Position numbers and translations under genes: made by a program. From an uncultured Chloroflexia bacterium (lineage in GTDB: Bacteria; Chloroflexota; Anaerolineae; CG2-30-64-16): a stretch of DNA of 64,000 bases. Every line of letters begins with the position of its first letter. Positions within the stretch are counted from its first letter, which is position 1. Where the stretch lies: assembly GCA_963810095.1 (NCBI GenBank), contig CAWEMM010000014.1, positions 1 through 64,000 on the forward strand, in the 5' to 3' direction. The notes below the pieces were generated by a model. The model did not search any database and was not told the origin of the DNA. It was given only the letters and a program-made list of their open reading frames with translations. Below, one piece after another: positions 51,939 through 63,062 of this stretch.

Positions 51939-53585
51939 TTGCCCAAACCGCGACAGCGCGAACTGCTCTTTCTGATGGCGGTCGTCATCCTCGCGATGAC
52001 GGTGCGTGCCGCGTTTACCGCCCTGCCGCGCGTCGTCCGGTGGGACGAGGCCGGCTACCAACTCATCGCCCGCAGTTTGCTTGCCGGCCACGGCTACGTG
52101 GAAGTGGTCGGCGCCCGCGATCTCCAACAACCGCCGGTCGTCGCCTACCTCTCCGCGGCGGGGCAAGCCCTGGGGCTGCCCATTCCCTGGTCGACTGCCG
52201 CGCTGGCTCACGTGTTGCTCGGCGCGCTGACGGTGGTCCCCGTCTACCTGCTGGGTCGCGACCTCAAATCGCGCCGGGTCGGTGGGATCGCAGCCCTGTT
52301 GGTCGCGCTGCACCCCGCGCTGGCCGTCAGCCCGCTCTATTGGAGCACGATGACGGAGCCGCCTTACGTCCTGTTTATGCTCTGTGGAACGTACGCGGCG
52401 TGGCGGGCTGCGCGCGATGGCGGCTGGTCGTGGTTCGCAGGCATGGGATTAGGGTTTGGCCTCGCCTACCTGACGCGGCCCGAAGCAATGGCGTATCTGG
52501 TGGCGCTCGTGGCGTATGTTCTGTTGTACCGCGGACGTGCGGCGCTGCGCAGCGGGCAGGGTTTGCGCCTCGCCGGTCAGGCAGCCGCGGCCATCGCCGT
52601 CTTCGTCCTCGTCTGCTCTCCTTACATCATGTATGTGCACCGGGTGACGGGCCGCTGGACGATATCCGGCAAGCAGGGCATCACCATGGGGATTGCCTGG
52701 GCCTACGTGCAGGGGAGCCAGGCCGAGCACGACCGGGCGACCGCCGGCCTTGACGCGTCGGGCAAGGAAATCGCGTGGCTCTCGAGTGAGCAGTATGATT
52801 TCTCGCTCGTCGGGTGGATTCGGGAAGATCCGGGCCGTTTCCTGAGCCTGGTGCGCCACAATGCACAAGCGTTTGCCGCCGCCCTCTTCAGCCAGGACCT
52901 CTTTCAGCCGTGGCAGATCGTGTTGATGGCGCTTGGGCTGTTCGCGGTACCTTGGACACGGCGCCGAGGGGTGCGTGAGGCCTTCCTGTTCTTTGCACTC
53001 GCGCCGACGCTGGCCATCATTCCGCTGTTTGTGCTCAGCCGTTTCATGGCATTCGTCGTACCCCTTGGCATGATTTGGGCGGCCGAGGGCGTCGAGACGC
53101 TGCGGCACTGGGCGAGCGCGACGGGACGTCTGTGTTCGGAAGACGGGCGGACCGTGGCAGGGCGTCTTTTCGCCGCGGTAGCTGGGTTGGTCCTGCCCGC
53201 GATAGCCCTGCTGCTTTTGCTCGAGGGCGCATCGGTCGCGGTCCACGAGCGCCCGGCCCAGCCCTTCTTTCGCGTACGGGCGGCCGAGTGGCTGCAAAAG
53301 AACACGCCTCCCGGCAGCCCCGTAATGCTTCGTGATTCCGAAATCAGCCTGTACGCGAACCGGCCCCAAGTGGCCTTCCCGAACGCATCCTGGGAGAAAG
53401 TTGCGGCGTATGCGCGGGCCCGCGGCGCAGCCTACGTCGTGGTCGACGACCGGGAGATTCACTCGGTGCGTCCCGACCTCGAAGCCCTCCTCGATCCAAC
53501 GGCCGGCCAGCCCTTGCCGGGCCTGACTCCGCTCGTCCGGCTTGCCGGCGGCGGCCATACCTTGTTGGTTTTCACCTTCCGTTAG
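51939..53585 (+). CDS. GT-C fold glycosyltransferase (ArnT/PMT, GT39-like)
   Basis: WDEAGY, QPP, MTEPPY and LAYLTRPE motifs; multiple TM helices. Confidence 0.82.
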   Translation: MPKPRQRELLFLMAVVILAMTVRAAFTALPRVVRWDEAGYQLIARSLLAGHGYVEVVGARDLQQPPVVAYLSAAGQALGLPIPWSTAALAHVLLGALTVVPVYLLGRDLKSRRVGGIAALLVALHPALAVSPLYWSTMTEPPYVLFMLCGTYAAWRAARDGGWSWFAGMGLGFGLAYLTRPEAMAYLVALVAYVLLYRGRAALRSGQGLRLAGQAAAAIAVFVLVCSPYIMYVHRVTGRWTISGKQGITMGIAWAYVQGSQAEHDRATAGLDASGKEIAWLSSEQYDFSLVGWIREDPGRFLSLVRHNAQAFAAALFSQDLFQPWQIVLMALGLFAVPWTRRRGVREAFLFFALAPTLAIIPLFVLSRFMAFVVPLGMIWAAEGVETLRHWASATGRLCSEDGRTVAGRLFAAVAGLVLPAIALLLLLEGASVAVHERPAQPFFRVRAAEWLQKNTPPGSPVMLRDSEISLYANRPQVAFPNASWEKVAAYARARGAAYVVVDDREIHSVRPDLEALLDPTAGQPLPGLTPLVRLAGGGHTLLVFTFR

Positions 53586-53705
53586 GGGCGTCAGGCGTTC
53601 CACGCTCCGCCTCGCGCCGCACGCTTTTAGCTTGCGCACGCTCCCCGGTGCCATCCGTTTCAGGTGCGTTGCGCGACGCACGGCCCCGTGCTATCATCGG
53701 GACCT

Positions 53706-56188
53706 ATGAGCACCGTACCCTACCTGACTGACGCCGAAGCCGCTGCGCGCCGTGCTTCAGGCCAGGGGAACCCGCCGCCCCCGCCCTCCGGCCGGTCGTA
53801 CCTGCGCATCGTCCGTGAGAACGTCTTCACCTTCATCAACAACGCCATCTTTCTCTTGGGCATTGGCCTGGTCCTCGTCGGCCGGCCCATGGACGCGGTC
53901 ATCTCCGTCGGCATCATCCTCACCAACGTCGTGGTGAGCGTGGTCCAGGAAATCCGCGCCAAGCGCATGCTCGATCGGATCGCGCTGCTGACCCGGCCGA
54001 CCGCGACCGTGCTGCGCGACGCCGGCGAGCGGGTCGTCTCTCCCGAAGAATTGGTGATCGGGGACACGGTGAAGCTGGGCCCGGGCGACCAGGTGCTGGT
54101 GGACGGCGAAATGCTCGAGGGTGTGCTCCAGGTCGACGAGTCGCAACTGACGGGCGAGTCGGACGCGATTCGGAAACAGCCGGGCGACGAGGTACGTTCC
54201 GGCTCGTTCGTCGCCGGCGGCGCCGGCTACTTCCGCGTGATTCGGGTTGGGCAGGAAAGCCTGGCCGGCCAGTTGGCTCAGGGCGCGCGGGCTTACCGCC
54301 GCATCCTGACCCCGCTCCAGCAGCAGATCAACCTCACGATCCGCGTGCTCCTGTTGATGGTGATCTACCTGGAGATGCTCGTCGTCGCGAACGGGTTGGT
54401 GCACGCGCTGCCCCTGCCGCAGGGGGTCCAGCAGGCCACGGTCATCGTCGGCCTCGTGCCCAACGGCTTGTTTGTGGCGATTGCGGTCGCGTATGCGCTC
54501 GGTGCGGTGCGCATTGCCGGCCAGGGCGCGCTCGTGCAGCAGGCGAACGCGGTGGAGTCGTTGAGCAACGTCGACGTGCTGTGCCTCGACAAGACCGGGA
54601 CGCTGACCACAAACAAGCTGAAGTTCAAGGACATCTACTGCGCAGACGGCGGCCCCGGCCCTGAGCAGGTGGCCGGAGCGCTCGGCCTGGTCCTGGCGTC
54701 TGCCGGGGCCAGCAACAAGACGTCCGAGGCGCTCGCCGCCGCTTTCCCCGGCGAGAAAATCGAGCTGAGCGCGGAGGTGGCCTTCTCGTCAGCCCGCAAG
54801 TGGAGCGCCGTCGCTTTTGATGGAGGCGCGATAGGGGCGCGGCCGACCGCAAGATGGGCGACTGGCACGTGGGCGTTGGGCGCGCCCGAGATGCTGCAAC
54901 CCTACCTCTCGGACGGCTGGCAGGGTATGAGCCCGTGCGCGGACGAGTGGACAGGCCAGGGCTTGCGCGTGCTCGTCTTCTGCCACCACCCCGACCACAC
55001 GCTCCTCGAAGACAAGGGCGATGACTCGGTTCTGCCCTCTCCGATGACCCCCGTCGCCGTGCTGTGCCTCTCGGACGAACTGCGGCCAGACGCGCGGCCG
55101 ACGCTGGAAAGCTTCGTCGCAAATGGCGTCACCCCGAAGATCATTTCAGGCGACAACCCCGAGACCGTCGCCGCATTGGCCCGGCAGGCCGGCTTCGTCG
55201 CGGCGGGCAAGGTGGTTTCAGGGCTGGAGCTTGCCGAACTGCAGGACGGCGCTTTCGCCCAATCGGCCGTCGAAGGCAGCATTTTCGGCCGGATCACACC
55301 CCAGCAGAAGGAGCGCCTGGTCCATGCGCTGCGCGCCCGGGGCCACTACGTGGCGATGATGGGCGACGGGGTAAACGATGTGCTCTCGCTGAAGAAGGCC
55401 AACCTGGGGATCGCGATGCAGTCTGGCACGCAGGCGACGCGCGCGGTCGCCGACATCGTGCTGCTCAACGACTCGTTCGCCTCGCTCGCACCTGCAGTGT
55501 CGGAGGGCCAGCGCATCGTCAACGGGATGCAGGATATTCTCAAGCTGTTCCTGGCGCGCATCGGCACCATGTCCCTGATCATCCTGTCCGCGCTCGTCGT
55601 CGGGGCGTTCCCGATCAACCTGCGGCACGGCTCGCTGACGACCTTCTTCACCGTGGGCATCCCGACGGTCTTGCTGGCCCTGTGGGCGCGGCCCGGCCGG
55701 CAGGAGCGCCACGACTCGCTGCGCGCCGGCTCGCGCATTTCGTCGTCCCGCCCGCGATTCTGGGCAGTTTCCTCGGACTGGTGGTTTTCTACAGCACCAT
55801 CTTCCTGCGTGCGACGGGGATCGGGCCGCTGCAGGTGCTCGGGAACCCGCTCGAGTTTGGCCAGGCCGTTGCGGTCGGTCAGACCTCGCTCGCGGTCTTC
55901 CTCGTGTTGACCGGGCTGCTGCTGATTGTGTTCGTCGAGCCACCGACGCGTTGGTGGACCGGCGGCGACGTGCTCAGCCGTGACCGGCGGCCTGCCTTCC
56001 TGGCGCTGAGCCTGGCCATCGCCTTTGTCGCGCTGCTCGCGATACCGGGCTTCCGCACCGCGTTCGAGCTGCAGACGCTTGACTGGATCGACGGCGTCCT
56101 GATCGCGTCAGCGACGGTCGTCTGGCTCATTGCCGCGCGTTTCACCTGGCGGCGCCGCCTGCTCGAAAAGTTCTTCTCGGTGGGCTAA
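53706..56188 (+). CDS. P-type ATPase, CtpE-like, frameshifted near 55720
   Basis: DESQLTGES, DKTGTLT, SGDN and GDGVND motifs; TM4 reads VPNGL. Confidence 0.92.
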
Positions 56189-56198
56189 GAGGGTGCCC

Positions 56199-56296
56199 AC
56201 CACAAAGACACGAAGACACGAAGGTTCACCTAGCAGGGGCGAGGCATCTTAAGATGCCTCGCCCCTGCGCGATCAGCGTCTTTGTGCCTTGGTGGT
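56199..56296. repeat. Periodic palindrome, ACCAC-AAG family, copy 5, with a nested perfect 36-bp REP palindrome (56233-56268)
   Basis: accacaaagacacgaagacacgaagg...[gcaggggcgaggcatcttaagatgcctcgcccctgc]...gtctttgtgccttggtggt. Confidence 0.82.
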
Positions 56297-56299
56297 TGT

Positions 56300-57502
56300 T
56301 CAGCTCTCCAGGAAAGCGGCCAGAGCCAGGGCGATTTGGGCGACCTTTAGGGGGTCCACGATGTCGGGCGCGTCTTTTGGTGTGTGGGTGACCTCGGCTG
56401 ACACCTCCGCGATGTCGGAAGTGATCGCAACGGCCGGCCGTCCCGCCATCACAAAGATCGAGTGATCTCCCTGGTACCACTGCGGCCCTTCGGCCAGGCC
56501 GTGCTCGCCCAGCACCCGGCGCACCCCGGCGGCCACTTCGTCGGAGCACCCGTACAGTGAGAAATGCGAGCCGCCCTTGTAGTAGCCCGCGCCGTCGATG
56601 TTGATGACGAGCTCGATGGCCGTGAGGTCCTCGTTTTCCTGCAGGTATAACCGCTCACCCGGCGCAGCGTAATAGTCCTCGCCGTTGAGCGCGGCCAGTT
56701 CCACCATCCGCTCGCCCTTATACCCCGCCAGCAACTCGCCCAGCAGCAGCAGGACGATCACGCCCGTGCCGTCGTCGACCGCGCCCGGCGTCCCCCGCTT
56801 GGCATCGATGTGCGCAGTGACCATGGTGCGCCCCCGCCCGTCGGGTTGTCCGCCGAGTCGGGCGACGACGTTGAAGCCTTCCGCCATCGACCGGGTCGCC
56901 CGAACCTCGAGGTTGACCTCGCGGCCCGCATACACGGCCAGCTTCTGGCCCTCTTCCTCCGTCATGTATGCGGACGGGATATCGAAGTCGCCGTCCTCGA
57001 TGAGGGGGAAGGGGTAGACTGCGCCGGCCGTCTCCGGGTTCCGACTCGTCGCGGCCAGCACGGCAGCGGGCCCGCCTTGCTCCAGCAGCGCAATAATCCG
57101 CTGGTGTTCCTCGGGGTTCCACCAGGGAAAGTTCTTGGGCGCCAACTGCTCGGCCGCGAGGTCGCCACGAATGAGCACGACCTTGCCGGCGAGTTCGGCG
57201 GACTTCAAGTCGTCGACGCTGCTCAGGACGACAAGCGGTGCGCTGATCAGCACCGGCCGGGTGTAGGGGCTCGGGAGCACTTCGAAGGCAACGGTGCCGG
57301 CCGTGAGGTCCGCACCGGACTCGCTCCAATCCATGCACTGGAACGCGGGCGTTTCGACCTGCCAACCTTGGCCGCGCAGCGCGGCCGAGACGTAAGCGGT
57401 GGCGTCGCGGTTACCTTGCGAGCCGACCGCCCGTGTCGGGATGTCGACACAAAGGCGTTGTAAATGCTCTGTCGCTCGGACGGTGAGATGGTCCAGGTCC
57501 AT
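56300..57502 (-). CDS. M28-family aminopeptidase with PA-like insert
   Basis: TAHIDAK, GAVDDGTG, NGEDY, INIDG, GDH and HTPKD motifs. Confidence 0.88.
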   Translation of the reverse strand: MDLDHLTVRATEHLQRLCVDIPTRAVGSQGNRDATAYVSAALRGQGWQVETPAFQCMDWSESGADLTAGTVAFEVLPSPYTRPVLISAPLVVLSSVDDLKSAELAGKVVLIRGDLAAEQLAPKNFPWWNPEEHQRIIALLEQGGPAAVLAATSRNPETAGAVYPFPLIEDGDFDIPSAYMTEEEGQKLAVYAGREVNLEVRATRSMAEGFNVVARLGGQPDGRGRTMVTAHIDAKRGTPGAVDDGTGVIVLLLLGELLAGYKGERMVELAALNGEDYYAAPGERLYLQENEDLTAIELVINIDGAGYYKGGSHFSLYGCSDEVAAGVRRVLGEHGLAEGPQWYQGDHSIFVMAGRPAVAITSDIAEVSAEVTHTPKDAPDIVDPLKVAQIALALAAFLES

Positions 57503-57675
57503 GGGGACTCCTTTCCTGCCGTTCTGGCACGACAGTATACGCTCGGGGGGAATGAATGGTTGCGCAGTGTGCGCGCCCACAGTGCCGGCCGGGTTATCCG
57601 GTGCGATAAGCCGTACAGACACGAACGCCCGCGCCGACAGGCCGGGCGTTTTGACTCCGTGCCGGCCAAGGCGGA

Positions 57676-58684
57676 TTATGGGAGGGCCGGCGTGTTCTCC
57701 GCGAAGTACTCGTGGTTATCCGCGTTTTTCACTGCGTTGTCCGGGTTGCTGATCGCCAGGCTTTTCGCGCCGCTCTGGCCGTAGACGTAATCGTCTGTGC
57801 TGGCGACGACATAGAAGTGGCTCATCTCATGGACAAGCGTTCCCGCCTGCGAATCGGTGCCGAGGGCCGGCGCGCCCCAGTACACGCTGCAGAGGTAGAT
57901 CTTGTACGGCTGGTTGGGATAGACGTAGGCGTAGTACTTCTTCTTGCAGCCGCAGTCGAACGTGACGGACGCGGTATCCATCGCATTGCCGATGCTCGCG
58001 AAATGACTCGTCACGGTGTTGTAGCGGCTGTCGGTCACCGTGCCAAACCAGGTCGTATACCGGGGGCCTGTCTTGCCGGCCTTAAGGTAGGCCGAGGCGT
58101 CGGCCGAGTACGTGCTGGCGTTGCTCCGCGCCGTCAACAGCGTGGACTGCTGGGTGCTGCTGCACTTATTGAAGGTGGTGGAACCCGCGGTGGCGCCGGG
58201 CGCCGCCTGCTCGGTCGGTCCACTGGCGCGGTCCTTCGACCAGCAGGGTCAGGCTTGCCGAGCTGAGCCGGGCGATGTCGTAGGCCACGACGTACGCGCC
58301 GGTCGTGGACAGATCGTAGATCGAGGCCAGGTCCACGTCGTAGGTGATCGATTCGCCGGGCGCAACGATGACGAAGTCCGCAGCGTTGGCGGGCGGGCGC
58401 TTGACGACCGGACCCAGGTAGGGTACGGGCTGCCCATCGCGCACGACATTGAAGAGGGGCTCTTCAACGCCGTCGGCTGGGGTGAACCACCGCAAAATGC
58501 GCATCGTCCGACCGGTCGTGTTGGTGATGGTCGTGTGTACGATGACGGGTTCTGCGGCGCTGAAGGCAGCCTTGTCCGCGCTCAGGACGACGGCGTGATC
58601 GTTCTGGGCCGCCGAGGCGGCTGGGACGAGGATCAACGACAGGACGAACGCGAAGGCCAAGAGCAAATGGAGACGGTTGCGCAT
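57676..58684 (-). CDS. Secreted M35 metalloendopeptidase (aspzincin, peptidyl-Lys metalloendopeptidase-like), frameshifted
   Basis: Signal peptide, propeptide, then HEMSH, STDDYVYG and NADNHEYFAE. Confidence 0.9.
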
Positions 58685-58788
58685 GGTTCCTCCTTGGTGG
58701 TGGCTGGGCGCAGTGTACTGGGGGCGCCCGTGTATGTCAAGACGCCGCGCGCCCCGGAGCCATACGCCCGAGCCGGCAATCCCCGGCC

Positions 58789-60365
58789 CTATCGCCGGGT
58801 TAGAGGCAGGAACACCTTGATCTGGTAATCCCCCGGCCTCATTTCGACCGCTCCTACGTCGCACGCCGCGCCCTGGGGCCGCCCGACGCCCCGTTGGTCC
58901 GTTGCGGGGCAGCCCAGCCCCGTCCCCGAGTCGCTCGCAGGGCTGCCCTTGATCAAAAGGTGCGTTTGCGTATAGCCGCCGTTGCTGGCCAGGGGCCGCA
59001 AGGGGAGGGCGACGTTGTCCCGGCCGGCGCCGAGCGAGCAGGTGGAGTCGCTCGACAGGCTGAAGCTGGCGCCGGCGAGCGCCTTGTTGCAGTTCCATTT
59101 CTGGCCGTTGTCCGTCTTGAAGTTGCCCGATAGCAGTGTGTTTTTCAGCGTCAGCGTGCCTCCCCGGCTCGCGACGCCACCGGCGTTGAACAGTGCGTTA
59201 TTGCCGGTGAGCGTGACATTCGTGAGCGAAACGCTGCCGTTCGCCTGGTCGAAGCCCCCGCTGCCCACCGCAGCGTTGCCGCTTATGGTCACGTTTGTCA
59301 GCGTGGCCGCGCCCGTTCCATCGTGGTCGAAGCCCCCACCATAGCTGGCCCAGTTGTTGCTGATCGTCACGTTAGCGAGTGTCGCCACGCCCCCGCCGAA
59401 GCTGAGCCCACCGCCGCCCGTCGTGACCTTGGTGCCGCCGGGCGCAAAGCCGTTTCTGTCGATTGTGACGTCCGTCAGGCGCAGGTCACCCCCTTCGCAG
59501 CGCACGGCGCCACCGTAGGCGCCCCAGTTGCCCGCCATGGTGCTCCGCGTCACCTTCGTCGTGCCGCTGCCCACTGACAGCGCGCCGCCCCGGCTGGCGC
59601 TGTTGGTTGAAAAGCTGCTCTGCGTGATTGTCACATTTCCTTCAGCCCGAACTGCTCCGCCTTGCGCGAAGGTGTCGGTAGCCTTATTGCCCGTGAACTG
59701 GGTCCCGTCGATCGTGCTGCCGGCTGCGGTGGTCCGCGCACCGCGCCGCCCGCACCCGCTGCAGTGTTGCCGTCGAACGTGCTCGCACTGATCGTGACGG
59801 TTCCGCCGTCTGCGAAGATTGCTCCCCCGGTCTGTGCAGCCGAGTTGCCGCTCAGTGTAGAGCCGCTGATGTTCAATTCGCCGTAGGAGGTGATGGCGCC
59901 CCCGGAGGTCGTCGAGGCATTGTTTGTGAACTGGCTATTCTTGATCACCAGCTTGCCAAAGTTCTCGATTGCGCCCGCGGGGCCATAGGCGCGTGTCAGA
60001 ACTATGCGGTCCAGGGTCAGGGTTTGGGCCGAGTAGACCTGGAAGAGTGGGGTTGCGTTGGCGCCGCTGAGCGAAATGAGGCCCGCGCCGCGGAGTTCCG
60101 TGTTGGTCGATACCGTCTTCTGCGTGGAAAAGACGATGGTGTGCGGGGCCGCGCCGCAGTTGAACGTGATGATGCCGCCCCCTGACGACTGCACGGCATA
60201 GAAGGCCGTGTCGAACGCCGTGTCGTTGCAGCTTCCGGGCGTGCCGGAACCGACGACCCCGTTCGCAGCCAGAGCCGGCCGGGGCGAGCTTACCAGGACG
60301 AGGAGAAGAAATGTTACGAGTGCGAGACGCGAGACCGGCCAGCGAAGAACGCGGAGCGCGAGCAT
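58789..60365 (-). CDS. Secreted beta-helix repeat protein (GGA(I/L) repeats, choice-of-anchor Q-like C-terminus), frameshifted near 59730
   Basis: Signal peptide; repeated FxxNxA..GGAI; LASNGGYTQTHLL..GSPA..DQRG..RPQG..CDVGAVE; ends VFLPLTRR. Confidence 0.82.
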
Positions 60366-60540
60366 GAGAGTACCTCCGAGCCGCGGGTGGGCGGCGCACC
60401 GGGTCAGGGTTACTTGGGTGGAGCAGTCGCTCCAGGATGCAAGGCTGGCGCAGCCATTTCACACTGAAACCGTCGCCACGTCAGTAACGCGGCGTCCCGC
60501 ACGCCCACGCACGGGTGAATCGGCATACGTCCGGCGCCGC

Positions 60541-60569
60541 TTGTCAGCGCCGCGCCTCTCGTCTACAAT
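60541..60569 (+). promoter_or_regulatory. sigma70-type promoter for proBA
   Basis: TTGTCA-N17-TACAAT. Confidence 0.65.
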
Positions 60570-60625
60570 AGGCCGGTCCACCGCCGCACTCTCCGCGTCG
60601 CCGCGAGTTCACTCCAGGAAACCCG

Positions 60626-61726
60626 ATGTACAAACGGATTGTCATTAAGCTGGGCACGAGTGTGCTCACCGGCGGCAGCCAGCGCCTCGACCGGGCCGGC
60701 ATGGTGGAGGTGGCGCGGCAGTGCGCGCAACTCCACGCGCAGGGCTGCGACGTGATCGTCGTGACTTCGGGCGCGATCGCGGCGGGCCGGGAGCAGTTGG
60801 GTCACCCCGCGCTCCCCCAGACGATCGCCGCAAAGCAGATGCTGGCGGCCGTGGGGCAGAGCCGGCTGATGCGCGTTTGGGAAGGGCTGTTCGAGATCTA
60901 CGGCCTCGTCGTGGGGCAGATGCTGCTCACCCGGGCCGACATCGCCCACCGCGACCGGTATCTCAACGCGCGCGACATGCTGCAGGCACTGCTCGAACAC
61001 CGCATCGTGCCGGTCATCAACGAGAACGACGCAGTGGCGACCGCCGAGATCAAGGTGGGCGACAACGACAACCTGTCCGCGATGGTGGCGATTCTCGCGG
61101 AAGCGGATTGCCTGCTCCTCCTCACCGACCTCGACGGGCTCTATACGGCCGACCCCCGCACGCACCCCGATGCGCAGCTGATTCCCGAGGTGCGAACGAT
61201 CGACGCGACGCTCGCCGCAGTCGCGGGGGGCAGTGTGAGCGGATTGGGCACCGGCGGCATGACGACGAAACTCCAGGCGGCGGATGCTGCCCGCCGAGCG
61301 GGTGTCGACGTGGTGATTGCGGGCGGTCGTGCGCCCGACGTGATCCTGCGGGCCGCAGCGGGCGAGTCGGTCGGGACCCGGTTCCCCGCGCTCGACTCGA
61401 CGCACGAGAGCCGGAAGCGCTGGATCGCCGGAAGTGGCAGGCCGGAGGGCCGGCTGGTCGTGGACCAGGGCGCTGCCGCGGCGCTGCGCGACAAGGGGGG
61501 CAGCCTGCTGCCCGCCGGAATAACCGGCATCGAGGGTCACTTCGAGCGGGGCGATACGGTGCTGATCGTCGACGCCACGAATTCCCCGCTCGCACGGGGG
61601 ATCGCACGTTATGACTCGCTCGACATGCGGCGAATCGCGGGGTGTCAGTCGAGCGAGATTGCCGAGCGGCTGGGCTACACGGCAGGGCCGGTCGCGGTGC
61701 ATCGCAACGACTTGCTTCTTTTGTAG
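60626..61726 (+). CDS. proB: Glutamate 5-kinase
   Basis: [29 protein letters not shown] and GTGGMTTK motifs; PUA domain. Confidence 0.96.
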   Translation: MYKRIVIKLGTSVLTGGSQRLDRAGMVEVARQCAQLHAQGCDVIVVTSGAIAAGREQLGHPALPQTIAAKQMLAAVGQSRLMRVWEGLFEIYGLVVGQMLLTRADIAHRDRYLNARDMLQALLEHRIVPVINENDAVATAEIKVGDNDNLSAMVAILAEADCLLLLTDLDGLYTADPRTHPDAQLIPEVRTIDATLAAVAGGSVSGLGTGGMTTKLQAADAARRAGVDVVIAGGRAPDVILRAAAGESVGTRFPALDSTHESRKRWIAGSGRPEGRLVVDQGAAAALRDKGGSLLPAGITGIEGHFERGDTVLIVDATNSPLARGIARYDSLDMRRIAGCQSSEIAERLGYTAGPVAVHRNDLLLL

Positions 61727-61738
61727 GGGGACACGGGC

Positions 61739-62995
61739 ATGACCGATCTGGTAGCAATGGGGAAGGCTGCCCGGCAGGCAAGCCGCCGGCTGGCCACGCT
61801 GCACCGTGGCGAGAAGGATGCCGCGCTGCTGGCGATTGCCGCGGCGCTCGAATCGGGTGCGGGCCGAGTGCTGGCTGCAAACGAACGCGACCTGGCCGAC
61901 GGGCGGGCGAAGGGGCTCAGCCCCGCGCTGCTGGACCGCTTGTCGTTGGACGAGAAACGGCTGGCGAGCCTGGCCTCCGACGTGCGCAAGGTGGCGAGTC
62001 TGCCCGACCCGGTGGGCGAAGAGTTCGGCGGGCGAGTGCTGCCCAACGGAATGCGCCTTAGCAAGCGGCGCACACCCATCGGCGTGATCGGCGTGATCTA
62101 CGAGGCGCGGCCCAACGTTACGGTCGACGTCGCGAGCCTCTGCCTCAAGACGGGGAATGCGGCGATCCTGCGCGGGGGCAGCGAGACGCTGCGCAGCAAC
62201 GTTGCGCTCGCGGCGCTGATTCGCAGTGCGCTGGGCGCATGCGGGCTGCCAGAGGATGCGGTCCAGTACGTGGACGCCCCCGACCGGGATCTCGTGACCC
62301 AGTTGTTGCGCCTCGATCGCTACGTCGACATGATCATTCCCCGGGGCGGCGCGTCACTGCACAAACTGTGCCGCGAGCAAGCCACCGTGCCGGTGATCAC
62401 CGGCGGCATGGGCATCTGTCACATCTTTGTCGACGAGAGCGCAGACCTGGCGCGGGCGGTCGACATCGTGGAGAACGCCAAGGTGCAGCGGCCCAGCGTG
62501 TGCAACGCGCTCGACACGCTGCTCGTGCACCGGGCGGTCGCGGCCGAGTTCCTGCCGCGTGTGGTCTCACGGTTGCGGCTCGACGGGGTAGAGATACGGG
62601 CGGAGCCCAACGCGCTGGCGCTGCTGAGGGTGGCAGAGGGGATCGCACCGGCCGGGCCGGGCGACTTCGATACCGAATGGATGTCGCTGGTGCTGGGTGT
62701 CAAGGTGGTGCCGGGTCTGGACGAGGCCATCGAGCATATCCAGGAGCACAGCACGGAGCACTCGGATAGCATCCTGACGAACGACTGGACGAACGCCAAC
62801 AGGTTCGTGAACGAGGTCAACTCGTCGGCGGTATACGTCAACGCCAGCACCCGGTTTACCGACGGCGGCGAGTTCGGGCTGGGCGCCGAGGTGGCGGTGA
62901 GCACGCAGAAGCTGCACGCCCGCGGTCCGATGGGGCTGGAAGAGCTGACCACCTACAAGTGGATCGGCATCGGTGAGGGGCACATCCGGGAGTAA
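61739..62995 (+). CDS. proA: Gamma-glutamyl phosphate reductase
   Basis: [32 protein letters not shown] and KLHARGPMG motifs. Confidence 0.96.
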   Translation: MTDLVAMGKAARQASRRLATLHRGEKDAALLAIAAALESGAGRVLAANERDLADGRAKGLSPALLDRLSLDEKRLASLASDVRKVASLPDPVGEEFGGRVLPNGMRLSKRRTPIGVIGVIYEARPNVTVDVASLCLKTGNAAILRGGSETLRSNVALAALIRSALGACGLPEDAVQYVDAPDRDLVTQLLRLDRYVDMIIPRGGASLHKLCREQATVPVITGGMGICHIFVDESADLARAVDIVENAKVQRPSVCNALDTLLVHRAVAAEFLPRVVSRLRLDGVEIRAEPNALALLRVAEGIAPAGPGDFDTEWMSLVLGVKVVPGLDEAIEHIQEHSTEHSDSILTNDWTNANRFVNEVNSSAVYVNASTRFTDGGEFGLGAEVAVSTQKLHARGPMGLEELTTYKWIGIGEGHIRE

Positions 62996-63018
62996 GCAAT
63001 CGAACGGTCACTTGCCTC

Positions 63019-63051
63019 AGGAGCCCGGCACCTTCAAGGCGCCGGGCTCCT
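63019..63051. repeat. REP-like hairpin / possible terminator between convergent genes
   Basis: aggagcccggcacctt-c-aaggcgccgggctcct. Confidence 0.6.
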
Positions 63052-63062
63052 CCATTCGAGAC

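Noticed and set aside
60366-60625. T-box or other riboswitch upstream of proBA or the beta-helix gene
   Set aside because: No T-box, c-di-GMP or other recognisable aptamer consensus; only a sigma70-like promoter is seen.
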